DNA of 57,992 nt, counting the filler, from Jimgerdemannia flammicorona (taxonomy: Eukaryota): assembly GCA_003990765.1 (NCBI GenBank). It is 3 parts of 3 records of this genome, joined end to end, with 100 filler letters (N's around TTAATTAATTAA, not from the genome) between each part and the next. Parts side by side here need not be neighbours in the genome. Positions count along the whole stretch, not along the records: positions 1 to 19,279 come from RBNJ01001987.1; positions 19,380 to 38,641 come from RBNJ01001988.1; 1 more part is not named here. The stretch is one strand, 5' to 3'. The position numbers were made by a program, and so were the translations under genes. The notes beneath the pieces are model-generated. The model saw only the letters and a program-made list of their open reading frames with translations. It was not told the DNA's origin and searched no databases. Shown here one piece after another: positions 12,500 to 24,800 of the stretch (the first letter of the stretch is position 1; each line of letters begins with the position of its first letter).

Positions 12500-14995
12500 G
12501 AAATATCCCACACTACTACCATGATGTAGATACAGGAGATACCAAACCAATTTATCAGAAGGCAAGACCCATTCCACCAGCCTACCATGAATGGCTTAGG
12601 GAAGAAATTAAGTAGATAGAGGATGCTAGTATCATCAAAGAAGCCAGCAGCCCTTAGGCCTCACCAGTTGTACTGGCCCTGAAGAAAGGAAGCAAGTCAG
12701 GAGAATTCACTCCAAGACTCTGCACTGATTACAGAAAACTCAACCTGGTCACTAAGAAAGATCACTAACCACTGCCCCTTATCAGTGATATCCTTGTAAC
12801 CCTAAGAGATGAAGTACAGTATTATAGTACCTTAGACTTATACTCAGAATTCTATCAAATCAGTCTTATAGAAGCAGCAAGTGAAAAATCAGCTTTCATC
12901 ACTCCAGACAGAATCTATATCTATCTGTGAATGCTATTCAGAATGTGCAATATACCAGCAAGCTTCCAGCAAATGATAAACAAAATCTTCTGCTATGATA
13001 TGGAAAGATGGAAGATGGTTTATATAGATGATGTAATCATCTACAGCAAGACAGCTGAAGAATATCTGTAGCACATCTAGCAGATGATGGAGAAGTTAAG
13101 GAAGTATGGCCTTTACATCAAGCCCAAGAAATGCAAGTTTGCAGAAATCAAGATCTCCTACCTTAGTCATATCATCAACTGAGATGGAACACATACAGAC
13201 TCTCTCAAGATACAAGCAGTAGCAGCATACCCAAGACTCACTACTATTACTGAAGCTCAAGCCTTCATGGGACTCATCTCCTACTACTAAAGATTTATTA
13301 GTAGATTCTCTAATATTGTAGGTCCAATCTGTGAACTCAATAAGAAGGATACCAAGTTCCAATGGAATGGCAAGTAGCAACAAGCATTTAATGAGCTCAA
13401 GGTCAAACTGACCCAAGCATCCATCCTCAGAAGACCTGATTGGACTCAAGAATTCATCCTGTAGACAGATGCAAGTACACAAGGACTAGGAGCCATCCTG
13501 GCTCAAAAGAAAGACAAAGTAGAGTATATCATTGCATATCTTAGTTAAGGAACCCAAGGAGCTGAAAAAGAATATGAATCATACAAGTTAGAGTACCTTG
13601 CAGTCATCTGGGCCATAGAAAAGTTCTACTACTATCTGGCCAGAAGACACTTCACTATTCAGACAGACCACTCAGCCCTTACCTGGTTACTGACCACTGG
13701 ACAACCCAAAGGAATCTATGCTAGATAGATCATGAAGTTGCAAGCCTATGACATAACCATCATGCACTGCCTAGGAAGAACCAATGCTAATGCAGATACT
13801 CTCTCACAAATACCCTGAAGGACCCCCAACCAATAAATCAATAATGAATAAAGAGCTATACTACAGAACCATCACATATCTGGGACAGCAAAAGATGCCC
13901 CAACATCTGAAAGAATAGACACAAACAATTATCAACAGAATATGGAAACAATTTGAAACCGATAGAGAAATGCTGAAGAAAGAAAAACTACTAGTTATAT
14001 CAGAAAGCAATGAAATCAATACATGAACTCAGCTATCTAGGAGGAACCAATATATATGATAAAGTAAGAAGAACAATATAGTGGCCAGGAATAGAGGAAG
14101 ATATTAGACAATTTGTCAAGACCTGTGATAAATGCTAGAAACAGAAATAAGACCAATAAAATCAGACCTCAGGATCAGTATATATAAGACTGGTGCCCTT
14201 TGCCCACTACCTCTGACCTTGACTGGTAACTGATATATTATTGTTATTGTAGACCTCTTCACAAAATGAATAGAGACAGAACCTCTCAAAGAAGCCAATG
14301 CACAGTCAATTGCTGATTTCTTCTACAAAGAAATTATCTGCTGATTCAAGACCCCAATACAAGTAACTATAGACAGAGGAACAGAATTTGTGAATCAGTT
14401 CTTTGAGGTTCTCTACAAGAAGTATAAGATCCAGTATATTTGGACTACAGCATATCATCTCTAAGGAAATGAACAAGCAGAAAGAACCAACAAGATACTT
14501 AAAAATGTAATTGTCAAGATTTGTAATAACTATGAAAATTAGGATCACTATCTGCCAATAGTATTATCTACTCTCCAGGATATTCAATCACAAAGTACCC
14601 ATTTTACTCTCCGAGAAATGCTGTTCAGAGAAGAAAGTTCTCAAGGAACTCTATTAACTAATTAAGATACTATATAGAAGTACATGGATATAAAGATACA
14701 GAAATTACATCAAATTAGGAAGAAGGCCAAGAATTACATAAACAAGGTACAGAAACTATAGCAGAATAATATGGAAAAGATTCACAAACCCCTGGAGATT
14801 ATCAAGATAGGAGACAAAGTCCTAGTATATTGGAATATAGTAGAAGCTTCATGGTCACAAAAACTGAAGCCTAAGTGAGAAGGATCTTATCTTGTGCAAG
14901 ATATAAAAGGAACCACCTTTTGGCTACAAAAACTCTCAGATACAATCATTCCCACTACCATCTACTAAAACTAACTCAAGAAGTACCATGAATAG
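12500..14995 (+). pseudogene. Gypsy reverse transcriptase, RNase H and integrase
   Basis: ASPVVL, RLCTDYRKLN, YIDDVIIYS (13021), FIL*TDAS, TDHSAL, TDRGTEFVN and AERTN. Many transition-derived stops. Confidence 0.92.
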
Positions 14996-15490
14996 TCAAT
15001 AAAGTAATACAGTTACCCTCAGAATCACAAGTGCTGCCCAATGAACCATAGAAAGACAGTGGTGTTCTACTGAGCCACCCATAATGGAGAAATCCTTTGA
15101 CAGTATCCAGAGTATAGTCCAGACTCACTTGTCATGGATTTCACACTTCAAGGTCTACCAGAACTGAACCAAGTTTCAGGAATACTTCAGGCTATGACAA
15201 CTACTGAATTCAAAGTCAAAGATGGGAAAAGAAGACTAGATCAAGGAATGTCAACTCTCTTACACTCAGATTACAATCACTAAGAGAGTGCATAAGTTAT
15301 TCAAAGATGATGAGCCAGCCCTAGCCCATTTTCAAGAAATAACCCCAACTGACTTTGGATGTATCAAGAGACAACATTTGAAGGATGTCATGGTATAAAT
15401 TGTACAATATAAGGAGATACAAATCATAGAAGCCTGGGAGTTTGAATGAATAGGATACTTTAGGGACAAATCACCTATTCAGGAAGAAGT

Positions 15491-15939
15491 TGTGATGGTC
15501 AATCCAAATTAGTAACATGAATCAGAGAAATTAGATATTTGATCATGGTACCTGAACCTGATTCTCAAATATAGCTTAGCCTTAAAGATAGCAGTCATAT
15601 TTTACTATTGGTGAAAACTTTACCATTGGTAAAATTTTAGGAGATGGCAAAATCTTCACAGATGGTAAAAGATTCAATACTGGCAGAAAATGACTCATTA
15701 CTTAGCCACCTTATAGCTAGCAAACTTGTATAAATAATCCAGTATCTTAGAGTGAATAAACCTCAGATCAAAATAGTTCAAAGTAAAGAGAAAGCAAAGG
15801 AACTAGTAAGCCTGCAGGCAGATATACTTTGAACTCACTCACTCCTATATCTCAAGGACTCTGCTAAGTCAAAGAAGATCAAGTTTTCAAGATACAGAAA
15901 TCCAACATACTTCCAAGGTTAAGTGTCTGCTATATTACA
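15491..15939 (+). repeat. 3' LTR
   Basis: Direct repeat of 8744-9192, ending TTACA and followed by TSD ctat. Confidence 0.92.
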
Positions 15940-16330
15940 CTATATAGACTATCATCTATTTTTCATATCTTCTTAGAAGATCTTATTTATTATTCTCTGA
16001 AAACTTATTAATTTCAAATATTATTTACAGATAAATATAGATTTTATCTGAGATAATAAAGGCTGACTTTTTACTAGCTTTCTTAATAATAGAATTCTGA
16101 GTATAAATCTAAGATAGTAAGATACTGTGCTTTATCTCCTAGCATTATCAGAATATCACTGATGAGAGATAGTAGTTGATAATCCTTCTTAGTGATCTTA
16201 TTGAGCTTTGTATAGTCTGTATAGAGTCTTGAGAAAAAATCTCTTAGTTTACTTTCTTTCTTTAGAGCTAGTACTATTGGTAAAAACTAGAAACTAATGG
16301 TCTTCTTGATAATACTAGCTTCTATCTATT

Positions 16331-16859
16331 TAGTACTTTAAATAAGTTAGAGAAATTTTAATTTATCTATTATGTAATTGATTTAAGTCAACTTAAATAT
16401 ATTTTATGATAAATTTAAACTGATTCAAATTTCTCATGTGAGGAATTTAAATCGATTTAAACTAGTTTAAATTAGTATTTGTAACAAATGAAATTGAATT
16501 AAAGATTTAATTTAATTTAATTCAAATTAAATCAAATGTAAATTTGATTTCAAATTCAATTTGAATCATATTTTTTAAAATATAATAACTTAACAAATAT
16601 ATATTTAAATTTAACAGTCTTTAGCTTATTAGATTTCTCTATATAAGGTAAATCTAATAAGCTAAAGATTGTTAAATTTAGACATATTTTTATCAAGTTA
16701 ATACATTTCTAAAAATAGAATTCAAATCAGACTCTCAATTTAATTTAAATTTAATTTGATTCAAAATTTATTTGAATTAAAAAATCCCTAATTTGATTTG
16801 ATTTAAATGACTCTTAATTTAATTTGATTCAAATTGATTCAATTTATTTAGGAGTATTA
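16331..16859. mobile_element. Old degenerate hAT-like fold-back MITE
   Basis: Ends tagtacttt...ggagtatta resemble the TAGTGCTCC TIR. Central near-perfect hairpin ~16606-16680. TSD not recognisable. Confidence 0.55.
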
Positions 16860-16899
16860 GTTTAAATTCATTATATAACAATTATGCTCAAAATATAAT

Positions 16900-17260
16900 A
16901 TCATTAAAATATAAACTATATATCTCAGCTGAGAAACTTATAGAGGAGAAAGAGAATATAAATTCAATAAGTTGAAGTATCTTATAGTTATTTAGAATAT
17001 AGAAAGATTCTACTACAACCTCACAAGAAGATACTTTATCATTCTGACTGATTATTCAGCTCTCATCTAGCTGTTGATTACAAGCAAATTTAAAGAAATA
17101 TTTGTAAGTTGGATCATAAAGTTATATATAAGTCTATGATATCATATATCATCTAGAAAGAACTAATACTAATACAGATACTCTCTTATAGATATTCTAA
17201 AGAATCTATAATCAGTAAAACCAAAATGAATAAAAAACTCTACTACAGAATTATAAGCAA
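16900..17260 (+). mobile_element. Gypsy RNase H fragment (same family as 7430-7790, opposite strand)
   Basis: 17161-17250 is close to the reverse complement of ~7435-7530, and contains a TDYSAL motif. Confidence 0.65.
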
Positions 17261-17286
17261 TGAAGTTAGTATACAAACTTAGCTAT

Positions 17287-18047
17287 TGTCACATAGTGAT
17301 TACTGAGTCCTCCAAATACATCAGATTCTCTTCAAGGTGTATCTTTTAGACTAACTCAAGTTTGTTATAAGCAAGTTCTTATTGGAGTGCCTTTTCAAGG
17401 TCTTATAGTCCTCAAACTTCTTATCTTTAAACTATCTTGTTATTTCTTTAGATTGCTTGCAAGGAATTGTATATATTATACTGAGTAGACTGATTTTATT
17501 TCAGAGGAAATAAGAGGAGTATTTATACAAAATATAATTCAATGGTTGTTGAGATATAAAGCTAAATATAAATTCCAATAACTAAAATAAAATGCCAGGA
17601 TATAGAAAACTGCTAAATTCCAGTATTGGCACTAATAGTTGCACAGGTTCAGGATGCTAGTATAATTTTGGTAATACAGGAAAATAGTGCTGGAATAATT
17701 CAGTGTCACATCAGAATACCAGTAGAGAAACAGCTGTTACACAAGAAAAGAGTGCTGGCATAATTCAGTGTAACCAAAGGACTTTAGAGCAGAATGTTCA
17801 AGACTATAGGGGCTTTATTCTCATCTGAGATTAGGATGTCTTCAAAGGAGATGAGGTTCACAAATATTTCATTCATCTCATTATCATTGTGTAGATCAGG
17901 TGTTTCATGTATATCATACAGGATGACATTATTGCTGATAACATCATCACATTCAGCAGGGAAATTGGGGGCTCTCCAATCTGTGAGGTTCTCTTCTATG
18001 AAATAGAGGACAAATGTGGGATCTTAGAGAGATCTAACCTGGCCCTT
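17287..18047 (-). mobile_element. Truncated copy of the 4530-6086 LTR
   Basis: Reverse-complement match to ~5330-6086, ending in ...GTGACA. Confidence 0.85.
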
Positions 18048-19279
18048 AGAGGTTGGGGGGGTTGCCACATCTCTCTAACAGGGTGGGTGTCAATTCTGAA
18101 TGTCTACTGGTTCTCCAAGCTATGGTATGTAGCCTATCACTTAGACTTTCCAGCTTAGATGGTAAAGAGACTGACAAAACTGGCTAGAGATTGGATTTGG
18201 GCAGGGAGAAGGTCCCAGATCAGTTGGGATACTCTTGCAATGCCAGTGGTTAGGGGAGGACTTGACCTTATGGATCTCTCTAAGTGGCTATACTGCCTGC
18301 AAGCTTGGTGGTTGAAAAGGGCTATTGAACTACAGAGAGGAGGTTGGATGCCACTATTGCAGAAGGTGTGGGAGATGAGATTCTCCCCTCAGGGGTCTTC
18401 AGGAGATTTGCTCTCCCTGGTGGGTCTGAATGGAAGCCGATGGCTATGGTATAAGAGCTTCTGGTGGGGGGTGGTAGATGGAGTGCACTGGATAGGCCTG
18501 CACTAGTGAGGCAATGAGGAGGAGATGTTGTGGGGCCCAGCTATGTGGCAATGGGACTAACTGCTTCTGGGGGGGGGTTCCACTTGCTGAGTTTGATATT
18601 AGTAATAGAGTGGAGTGTCAGCAGGGTCTTGGCCAGGATCTCTAGCCAAGTAGTTGGCAGGCAGTGAGGATTGGTGAGGAGTGGAACTGGGCAGGAATCT
18701 GGTCCTGAAGTACTGAGGTGCAGAGTTGGCTTTCTCCCAAGTTCTGGGTGGTATGGTGGCAGATGCTACAGAGGAATGTCATGTTGAATTTCCATGCTGG
18801 ACATCTGGTGGATGGTGGCTGACTAGATTGTGAGGAGTGTTATAATATAGGATAAGTTGGAGGATTTGTGCAAACACCAGAACATTGGCTGGGGGAATGT
18901 GAGGTTTTGGGGGACTTTTGGATAGCTATAGGGGACTGACTAGATGTAGAGAGGAGGCTGGATAGTGAGAGAGATTGCTGGGAGGATTTGAAATCTTAAC
19001 TGGTGGGAGGTGTCAGCAATGGGTAGCTTACTGTAGGGTGGGTTTTAGCAGTGTGGATAGGGTTGGCTGGACATTGGCTCTTTGTTTTCAAAGAAGAGTG
19101 ATAGATAGGTGTGCAGGAGAAGTTGTTAAGGTGGGAGGAGTTGTTGGGAGATCTGCTGACAGGGTGGTGGGTTGGTTGGAGTCCCCAGGGTGGGCGACAT
19201 CACCATCTGGTGGAAGGGATCTGTGAACAGAGTAGTGGGCAGATGGAGATGGTGTTTGACAAAGTGGTCTTTCATTGGG
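18048..19279 (+). mobile_element. LINE ORF2 3' fragment
   Basis: ILNVYWFSKLWY, RGGLDLMD and TPEHWLGEC, homologous to the other LINE copies. Confidence 0.88.
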
Positions 19280-19379
19280 NNNNNNNNNNNNNNNNNNNNN
19301 NNNNNNNNNNNNNNNNNNNNNNNTTAATTAATTAANNNNNNNNNNNNNNNNNNNNNNNNNNNNNNNNNNNNNNNNNNNN
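19280..19379. other. Assembly gap / artificial contig linker
   Basis: N44 + TTAATTAATTAA (stops in six frames) + N44. Confidence 0.97.
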
Positions 19380-19550
19380 TCATCAAATTATTGATGTAAA
19401 CATTTAATTGTCTAATTTGGAAATCAAAACAATGGTTGATTCGAATCCGATTCGAATCCGATTCGAATCTGATTCGAATCCATCCGGATGGGATTCAATC
19501 CGAATCAATCCGAATCCAATCCGGATTAAATTGACTCGTTAGGAGCACTA
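19380..19550. mobile_element. Right end of a young hAT MITE (family of 9735-10275)
   Basis: Matches ~10115-10275, ends in aggagcacta and has tandem gattcgaatc(c/t) repeats with CpG intact. Confidence 0.88.
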
Positions 19551-21850
19551 GTTGCTGTATAGGTGTGTTCTGTCCTAATGGAGGTGCTTCTCCTTCTGTA
19601 GTGTATCCAGGATCGAATTCACTGAGATACTCCTCCTTCTCTTCAGTTTGGTCCCTGTGTAATTGGGTTTGCTTGACATTAAAGTAGACAGAATCAGTTG
19701 TATATCTGATTTCAGATGGACTTAATTCAAAGTCAAGTTCTGATTCAGTATTGGTTTCAGATTCAGGTAGGGCTGTAGCAGGGCCTGCTTCTGGTTCTGG
19801 GTTGGGTAGTTGATGAAGAGTTTCTCTTGCTTCTTCTTTAAGAATATAGTGGGCCTTGCTGTTCTGGAATTGGTAGTATAGTGTGGTCTTGGTCCTAGTA
19901 TGGTGAAAGTTGGTAGAGTTGAGCTACTTAGCTACAGAGGCTTGGGTTTCATGAGGAACTAAGACTAGAAAGACTACTACTGGTTGTCCTAGGTTGCTCA
20001 GATTTGTGGAGCTGACAAAACTCTTATTGAGAAGAGTAAAGAAGACTTCAATAAGACCTTCTTCATCTTGACTTGCTGGGTGTAGTGTAAGGAGTTCAGT
20101 GAATAGGGTTTCACCTATTTGCTGGTTTAACTGGAATACTTCTTTCTTCGAATGAAGTTTGTCCTACTTGTTGCAGGTGTGGAGGTCAAATTGTCCTTAT
20201 ATGTTAGGTTCAATTCTCTCCAGATTGTCAGATGGTTCAGGATAAATTCCAGTTCAGAGGTTGGGCTTTATACCAACTTATAGGAATTCACAGAGGGGTT
20301 TGTAGCAGGGTGAGAAAGCATCTTGAAGTAGAATTGGATTGTAAACTACTACTACTAAGTTGTAAGAGGATTGCTTTTTAGGGTAACTATTACATAGTTC
20401 TGGAAGGGTTTTCTGGAAGTTCTGGATATTCTGGAAGACTGTTTTCTTATGGTCAAGATCAATTTCATATGGAGTACATCCTCTACACTTATTGATTTCA
20501 AGATCAGGTTGATGTCTCAACCAAGGTCCTTTTTTGGACTAGTTCTGGATGTTCAGGATTTTCCATATTTCAAGAAGTTCAAGAAACTAAGACCAGCTTA
20601 GTTGAATTGGCATATCACTGTAGACAATACCCAATTAGGAAATCTCATAACAGGGTTAGGAGTGGAACCTAATGGAGAGCAGATTTACTTAAGAGTGGTT
20701 TGTGGGTTATTAAATAGGTTTATTTGCTATTCATGATATTGCTATACTAGGAGTAGTTGTGTGAAGAGATATTGTGGGAAAGTATTCAGAAGTATTCTTG
20801 TGTGTTCGAGTCTGAGATTGTGAGATCTGAGAGAGGGGGTATTTATACTAGTGAGGGGCTATCTGGACTATGCTAAATATGGATATAGCACTAAGTGCCT
20901 TGCTGAGTCAGAATGCAGTTATATAGTATAAGTGTGATCTGACATGTCAAGAGATTGTCTGACTGCTGAGTCAGTTCACAGTCATATCATACAAGGCTAA
21001 TCTAACTATACTATGACTGCTAAGCTATTTATAGATTTAGATGCTGTCTGGTTAGTTATTGATGATATCACTATTGATGACATCATCGCTGGTAAAGTCT
21101 GAACAGTTTTCTGACTTCTGATATTATCAGTTTTCAAGATATCATCACTTTTATCTCTTGCAAGATTAAGGCTATCCTTGGTGGCAGTGGTTGTATAAGG
21201 ATAACAGGTCTTAGTTCTCTTTTTTTTTGGTCTTCTGGTATATTTGTGAGGACTGGCCATTCTCATCTAGAGTGAGGGCTCTCAATGTCATGGCTGGGGG
21301 TTTGAACCTCTCAGAAATGATATTTTCTATAATCTAAGGCAATTTCTAGTAGTAATATCTGTCACATAGATGGCTTGAGATTGGTTTCGAATATCGGCTT
21401 TCTTGAGTTCAGATGAAGCATCTGTCACTCTCCAATAGAGGTGACACAGATAGAGTGAATGGAGTTGTTCAAATGCATTTTGCTTCTACTAAGTAATGAG
21501 GTCTTATATAGTTATAGTATATCTTGGTCTTGAGTTAATAAGTGCAGTTCATAAACCTTTTGGTAGATGAGATAGGGTTCTTCTTGTCTCAATTTGAGTT
21601 TGGTACTTTCAGTTTCCTTTTGTAATAGTATAGTATACCAAACTAGTTATAGTAGTTCAGAGTTAGTCTTATGGTTGTAGTACTTCTTCTAGTATTCTTG
21701 TATCTTGGTAGTGGGTTCTCATGCTTACTGGCATATTTTGTGTAACCAGATGATTTCTTCAGTAACTTGTTTTGTAGTCTTGTATGTGGTTTCCAAATTA
21801 GTTCTGAGGATGACATGTGATTTTGGTGGCTTGGAGGTTGTGTGCTTACA
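19551..21850 (-). mobile_element. 5' part of an LTR retrotransposon: 1.49-kb LTR (20361-21850) plus leader and gag start
   Basis: LTR termini and 20361-21050 match the solo LTR at 40721-42767. TATA-like motif ~20836-20847 (minus strand). Degenerate PBS adjacent at ~20345-20358. Confidence 0.75.
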
Positions 21851-24800
21851 ACAAGATTACCAGATGCTTTATAGGGGAAATACCAGGCCTCCCACACCCT
21901 CTGTATAAGTGGTACCCACTTCTGGCCCCTCAACTCACTCACTCTCTTTAGCCACTATACTCTCAAATAATAAAGATATTTGGTAAAGTCCACCATGCCT
22001 AGCCTGCCTTTATCTACAGGTAGGGTCAGATTCTCCCATCCTATCTGACTTCACTGCTCAGCCCAGATCTATAATCTTGCTATCTTCAGCAGTCGCCTGA
22101 CCACCTATACTAGAAAGTCTAGATAATACCCCACATACAACAGCTTTAGCAGCCAATATATATTCAACACCATCACCTTTCCTGCCAAGGATATATACCA
22201 ACTACCCCACTAGAAGAGTATATTTCCCTATACTAGGAGTCGCTATTCCCACTAAGCATGGGGCAGAAAAGATCCATATACTGAGAAGTAGATCTCCAGA
22301 TAGTGAACTGGATCTTCTATTGGTACCACCATTCTAATCATGTCACTGCCAACTATTCCACCACCTAGCACTAGTATCTTACATTTGTTCAGTTGAGTTT
22401 AGTATCTGAGCCCCTCTCATACCATTTCACAGATCTCCTTAATTCCTCTATATCCTCTGATGAACCCTGTCTAACCACCATATTGTCCACAAAGGCCCCC
22501 ACTTTCCAGTTAATCTCTAGAATGTCCAAACCTCTAATTTAATATCAGATTCTGTCCAATAGGGGCTCCAAGGAGAGGGCATATAAGATGGGTAATAAAG
22601 GATCTTCTTGTGAGACCCCACAACTAAGGGGAAAAGTTACACCCCTGTATCCATTGACTACCAATACTATCTGACTATTTTCCAAAAGACTGATCAATGA
22701 CCTTCTGAACCCTGGGGGAATACCAACCCATTTCAGTACTCTCTCTAGCCAGATTCTCCTCAGTCTATCATATACTTTCTTCTGATCCAGAAATACTAAT
22801 CTGCCATCAACCCTAGTAGCTCAGGCCCCTTCAATCACTCTATAGACCCAGGCTGTTCCATCTTAAATCAACTGACCACCCACAAACCCTCTTTGCTTTA
22901 CTCCTAGTACTTGCTGAGTAATCCCCTGCAGTCTAGTCACCAAGACCTTTGTCACTAGTTTGCAGTCTATGTTGAGGAGTATGATCAGTTGCCAGTTCTT
23001 CTAATCTTCTCTTCTCCTCTTATCCTTATAGAGTAAGGAGACCAGCCCTAGGTGCTGGCCTCCAATCCAAGTTCCAGACTAAAGAACCTTACTATACATC
23101 ACTATCATCTTCTCTAATATCACTACCACTCCAGCCATCCTCTTCCAAAAATCCCAGAGAAGTCCATCCTCTCCCAGAGCCATCCTCTTGCTTGTGAAAG
23201 CCAAGACCTTGCAAATTTCCTCCCCCCTCACTGGGTCTCCCAGAGTCTCCAGGCCCATTGCTGAGTCTGGATACCAATTCTCCAACTGTCTTTCAATGTT
23301 TGAAGCATCTTCACCCCCTTCTTCCTCACTCTATAAATTTCTCCAGCAGATCCTTAGTAATCCTAGAATCACCAGAGTCCTCACCACTATCTCTCCATCC
23401 TCATCCAAGAGCCCATCCTACTACTGTTTAGTTCTCTGCACTTGAAGCAACTATGATAAAAACTTAGTGGGTCTCTCTCTCTCCTCCAACCCTTGCCACC
23501 TCAGTCTTACTACTATCTCCTTCAGCTTAACCTCTTCCTCTATTCATATCACTTTCTTAAGCTCCTCAACTTCCTTTTGAATCTATGCAATATATCAGTT
23601 GGCTGCCTCCCAATCCTCCAGTACCCTCGCCCATCTCCCCAGGAGCACTGCCAATCTCTGCAAAGCCCATAGTACTCTCTGCCACTGCTGAACACTCCTT
23701 TCTTTCTCTACTTCCCTCCAGTATCCCTGAGCACTCACCTTCAGTCTCCTCTAGTGATCCCCAATCACTAGGCCCTGTTTCCACCACCTACCAATTTTCC
23801 CAATAATCTCCTTCTCTTAGTCTGCCCATAAAGTACCATCCTCCAACAAAGAGAAATTCAGTCACTAATGTCCAGGCCCATCCCTACTTCCCCCAAACCT
23901 CTCCCCCCCTAACAGACCCCAGTGATCTGACCATGGACACCAAACCACCTCTAGTATAGTCCAGATATCTACTCCCCAGCACTCTGCCATCAATATCCAG
24001 TCAATCTGGGAGCCCAGCCCTGCCACCCAGTGAGTATAACTTCGACAATCTTCTCAAAACTATCTCCCTGAATCAACCAAAGAACTCAACCTCTCCATCT
24101 TCATCCAATCATCCAGTCCACCACTCTTGCTCCTCACTCCTCTCCCTTCATCAGTTTTGTCCACCACATTATTCTATACCATGTTGAAGTCACCCCCCAG
24201 GCAGTCAAACCCCACCTCATTCATAATACTGGACTCTTTCAAATTTCTGATCCAATCCACCCATTTCTCCCTCTCCACTAGACAGTAATATGACCCAACT
24301 ATCAAAGGGCTCTATCTAGGCCTCTTCTATACTCCCCACACCAACCAACTCCCCAAATGTCCAATATCCCCAATGTCTCTCATCCCTTTTCAAACTAGGA
24401 TACCCACCTACCCAGTCTACACTGCTGCCCCCCCCCATTCCCTAGTCCAATCCTGTAAGTCCACATCTACTTCATATGTACCATATATCCTGCAGTAAGA
24501 AGAGATCTACATCCAATTTCTTTAGCCAACCAAATATGTACTTTCACTGAGCTGCCCCCCTCAACCCATTCACATTCAAAGAAAATATTCTAGTTGTACT
24601 ATTCATATTGAATAATGTTTGAATTTGAGAACTCAGCCTAGTATTCCATACTCATTTCATCCCCAGCCAGATTCAAGTGTCACTTGGCTTCCAAGTTACC
24701 TTCTACTACAGTCTGAGCATCTAGTGCCTCTAAGATTTCTTGACATTCCACCCCATCCACTACTTCCATCTCTGCCTGATAATCTGTGCAGACCACTCTC

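Larger units (their letters stand above)
8744..15939 (+). mobile_element. Full-length, mutated Ty3/Gypsy LTR retrotransposon with dUTPase
   Basis: Two 449-bp LTRs, 4-bp TSD ctat, degenerate PBS (ttagtgccc ~9195) and PPT. Domain order gag-ZnK-PR-dUTPase-RT-RH-IN. Confidence 0.95.
3780..16330 (-). mobile_element. Old Ty3/Gypsy pol remnant (RT-RNaseH-IN) hosting nested insertions
   Basis: Segments 3780-4150, 6113-6650, 7265-7810, 8276-8743 and 15944-16330 translate to mutated versions of the 8744-15939 element's pol (KLEYLTVI*AIEKF, EFIL*ID, MIVYIDNMIIFS). The reading continues across each insertion. Confidence 0.75.

Noticed and set aside
19280..19379. TTAATTAATTAA palindrome flanked by Ns (also 38642-38741)
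   Set aside because: Artificial six-frame-stop linker. Adjacency across it is not biological evidence.
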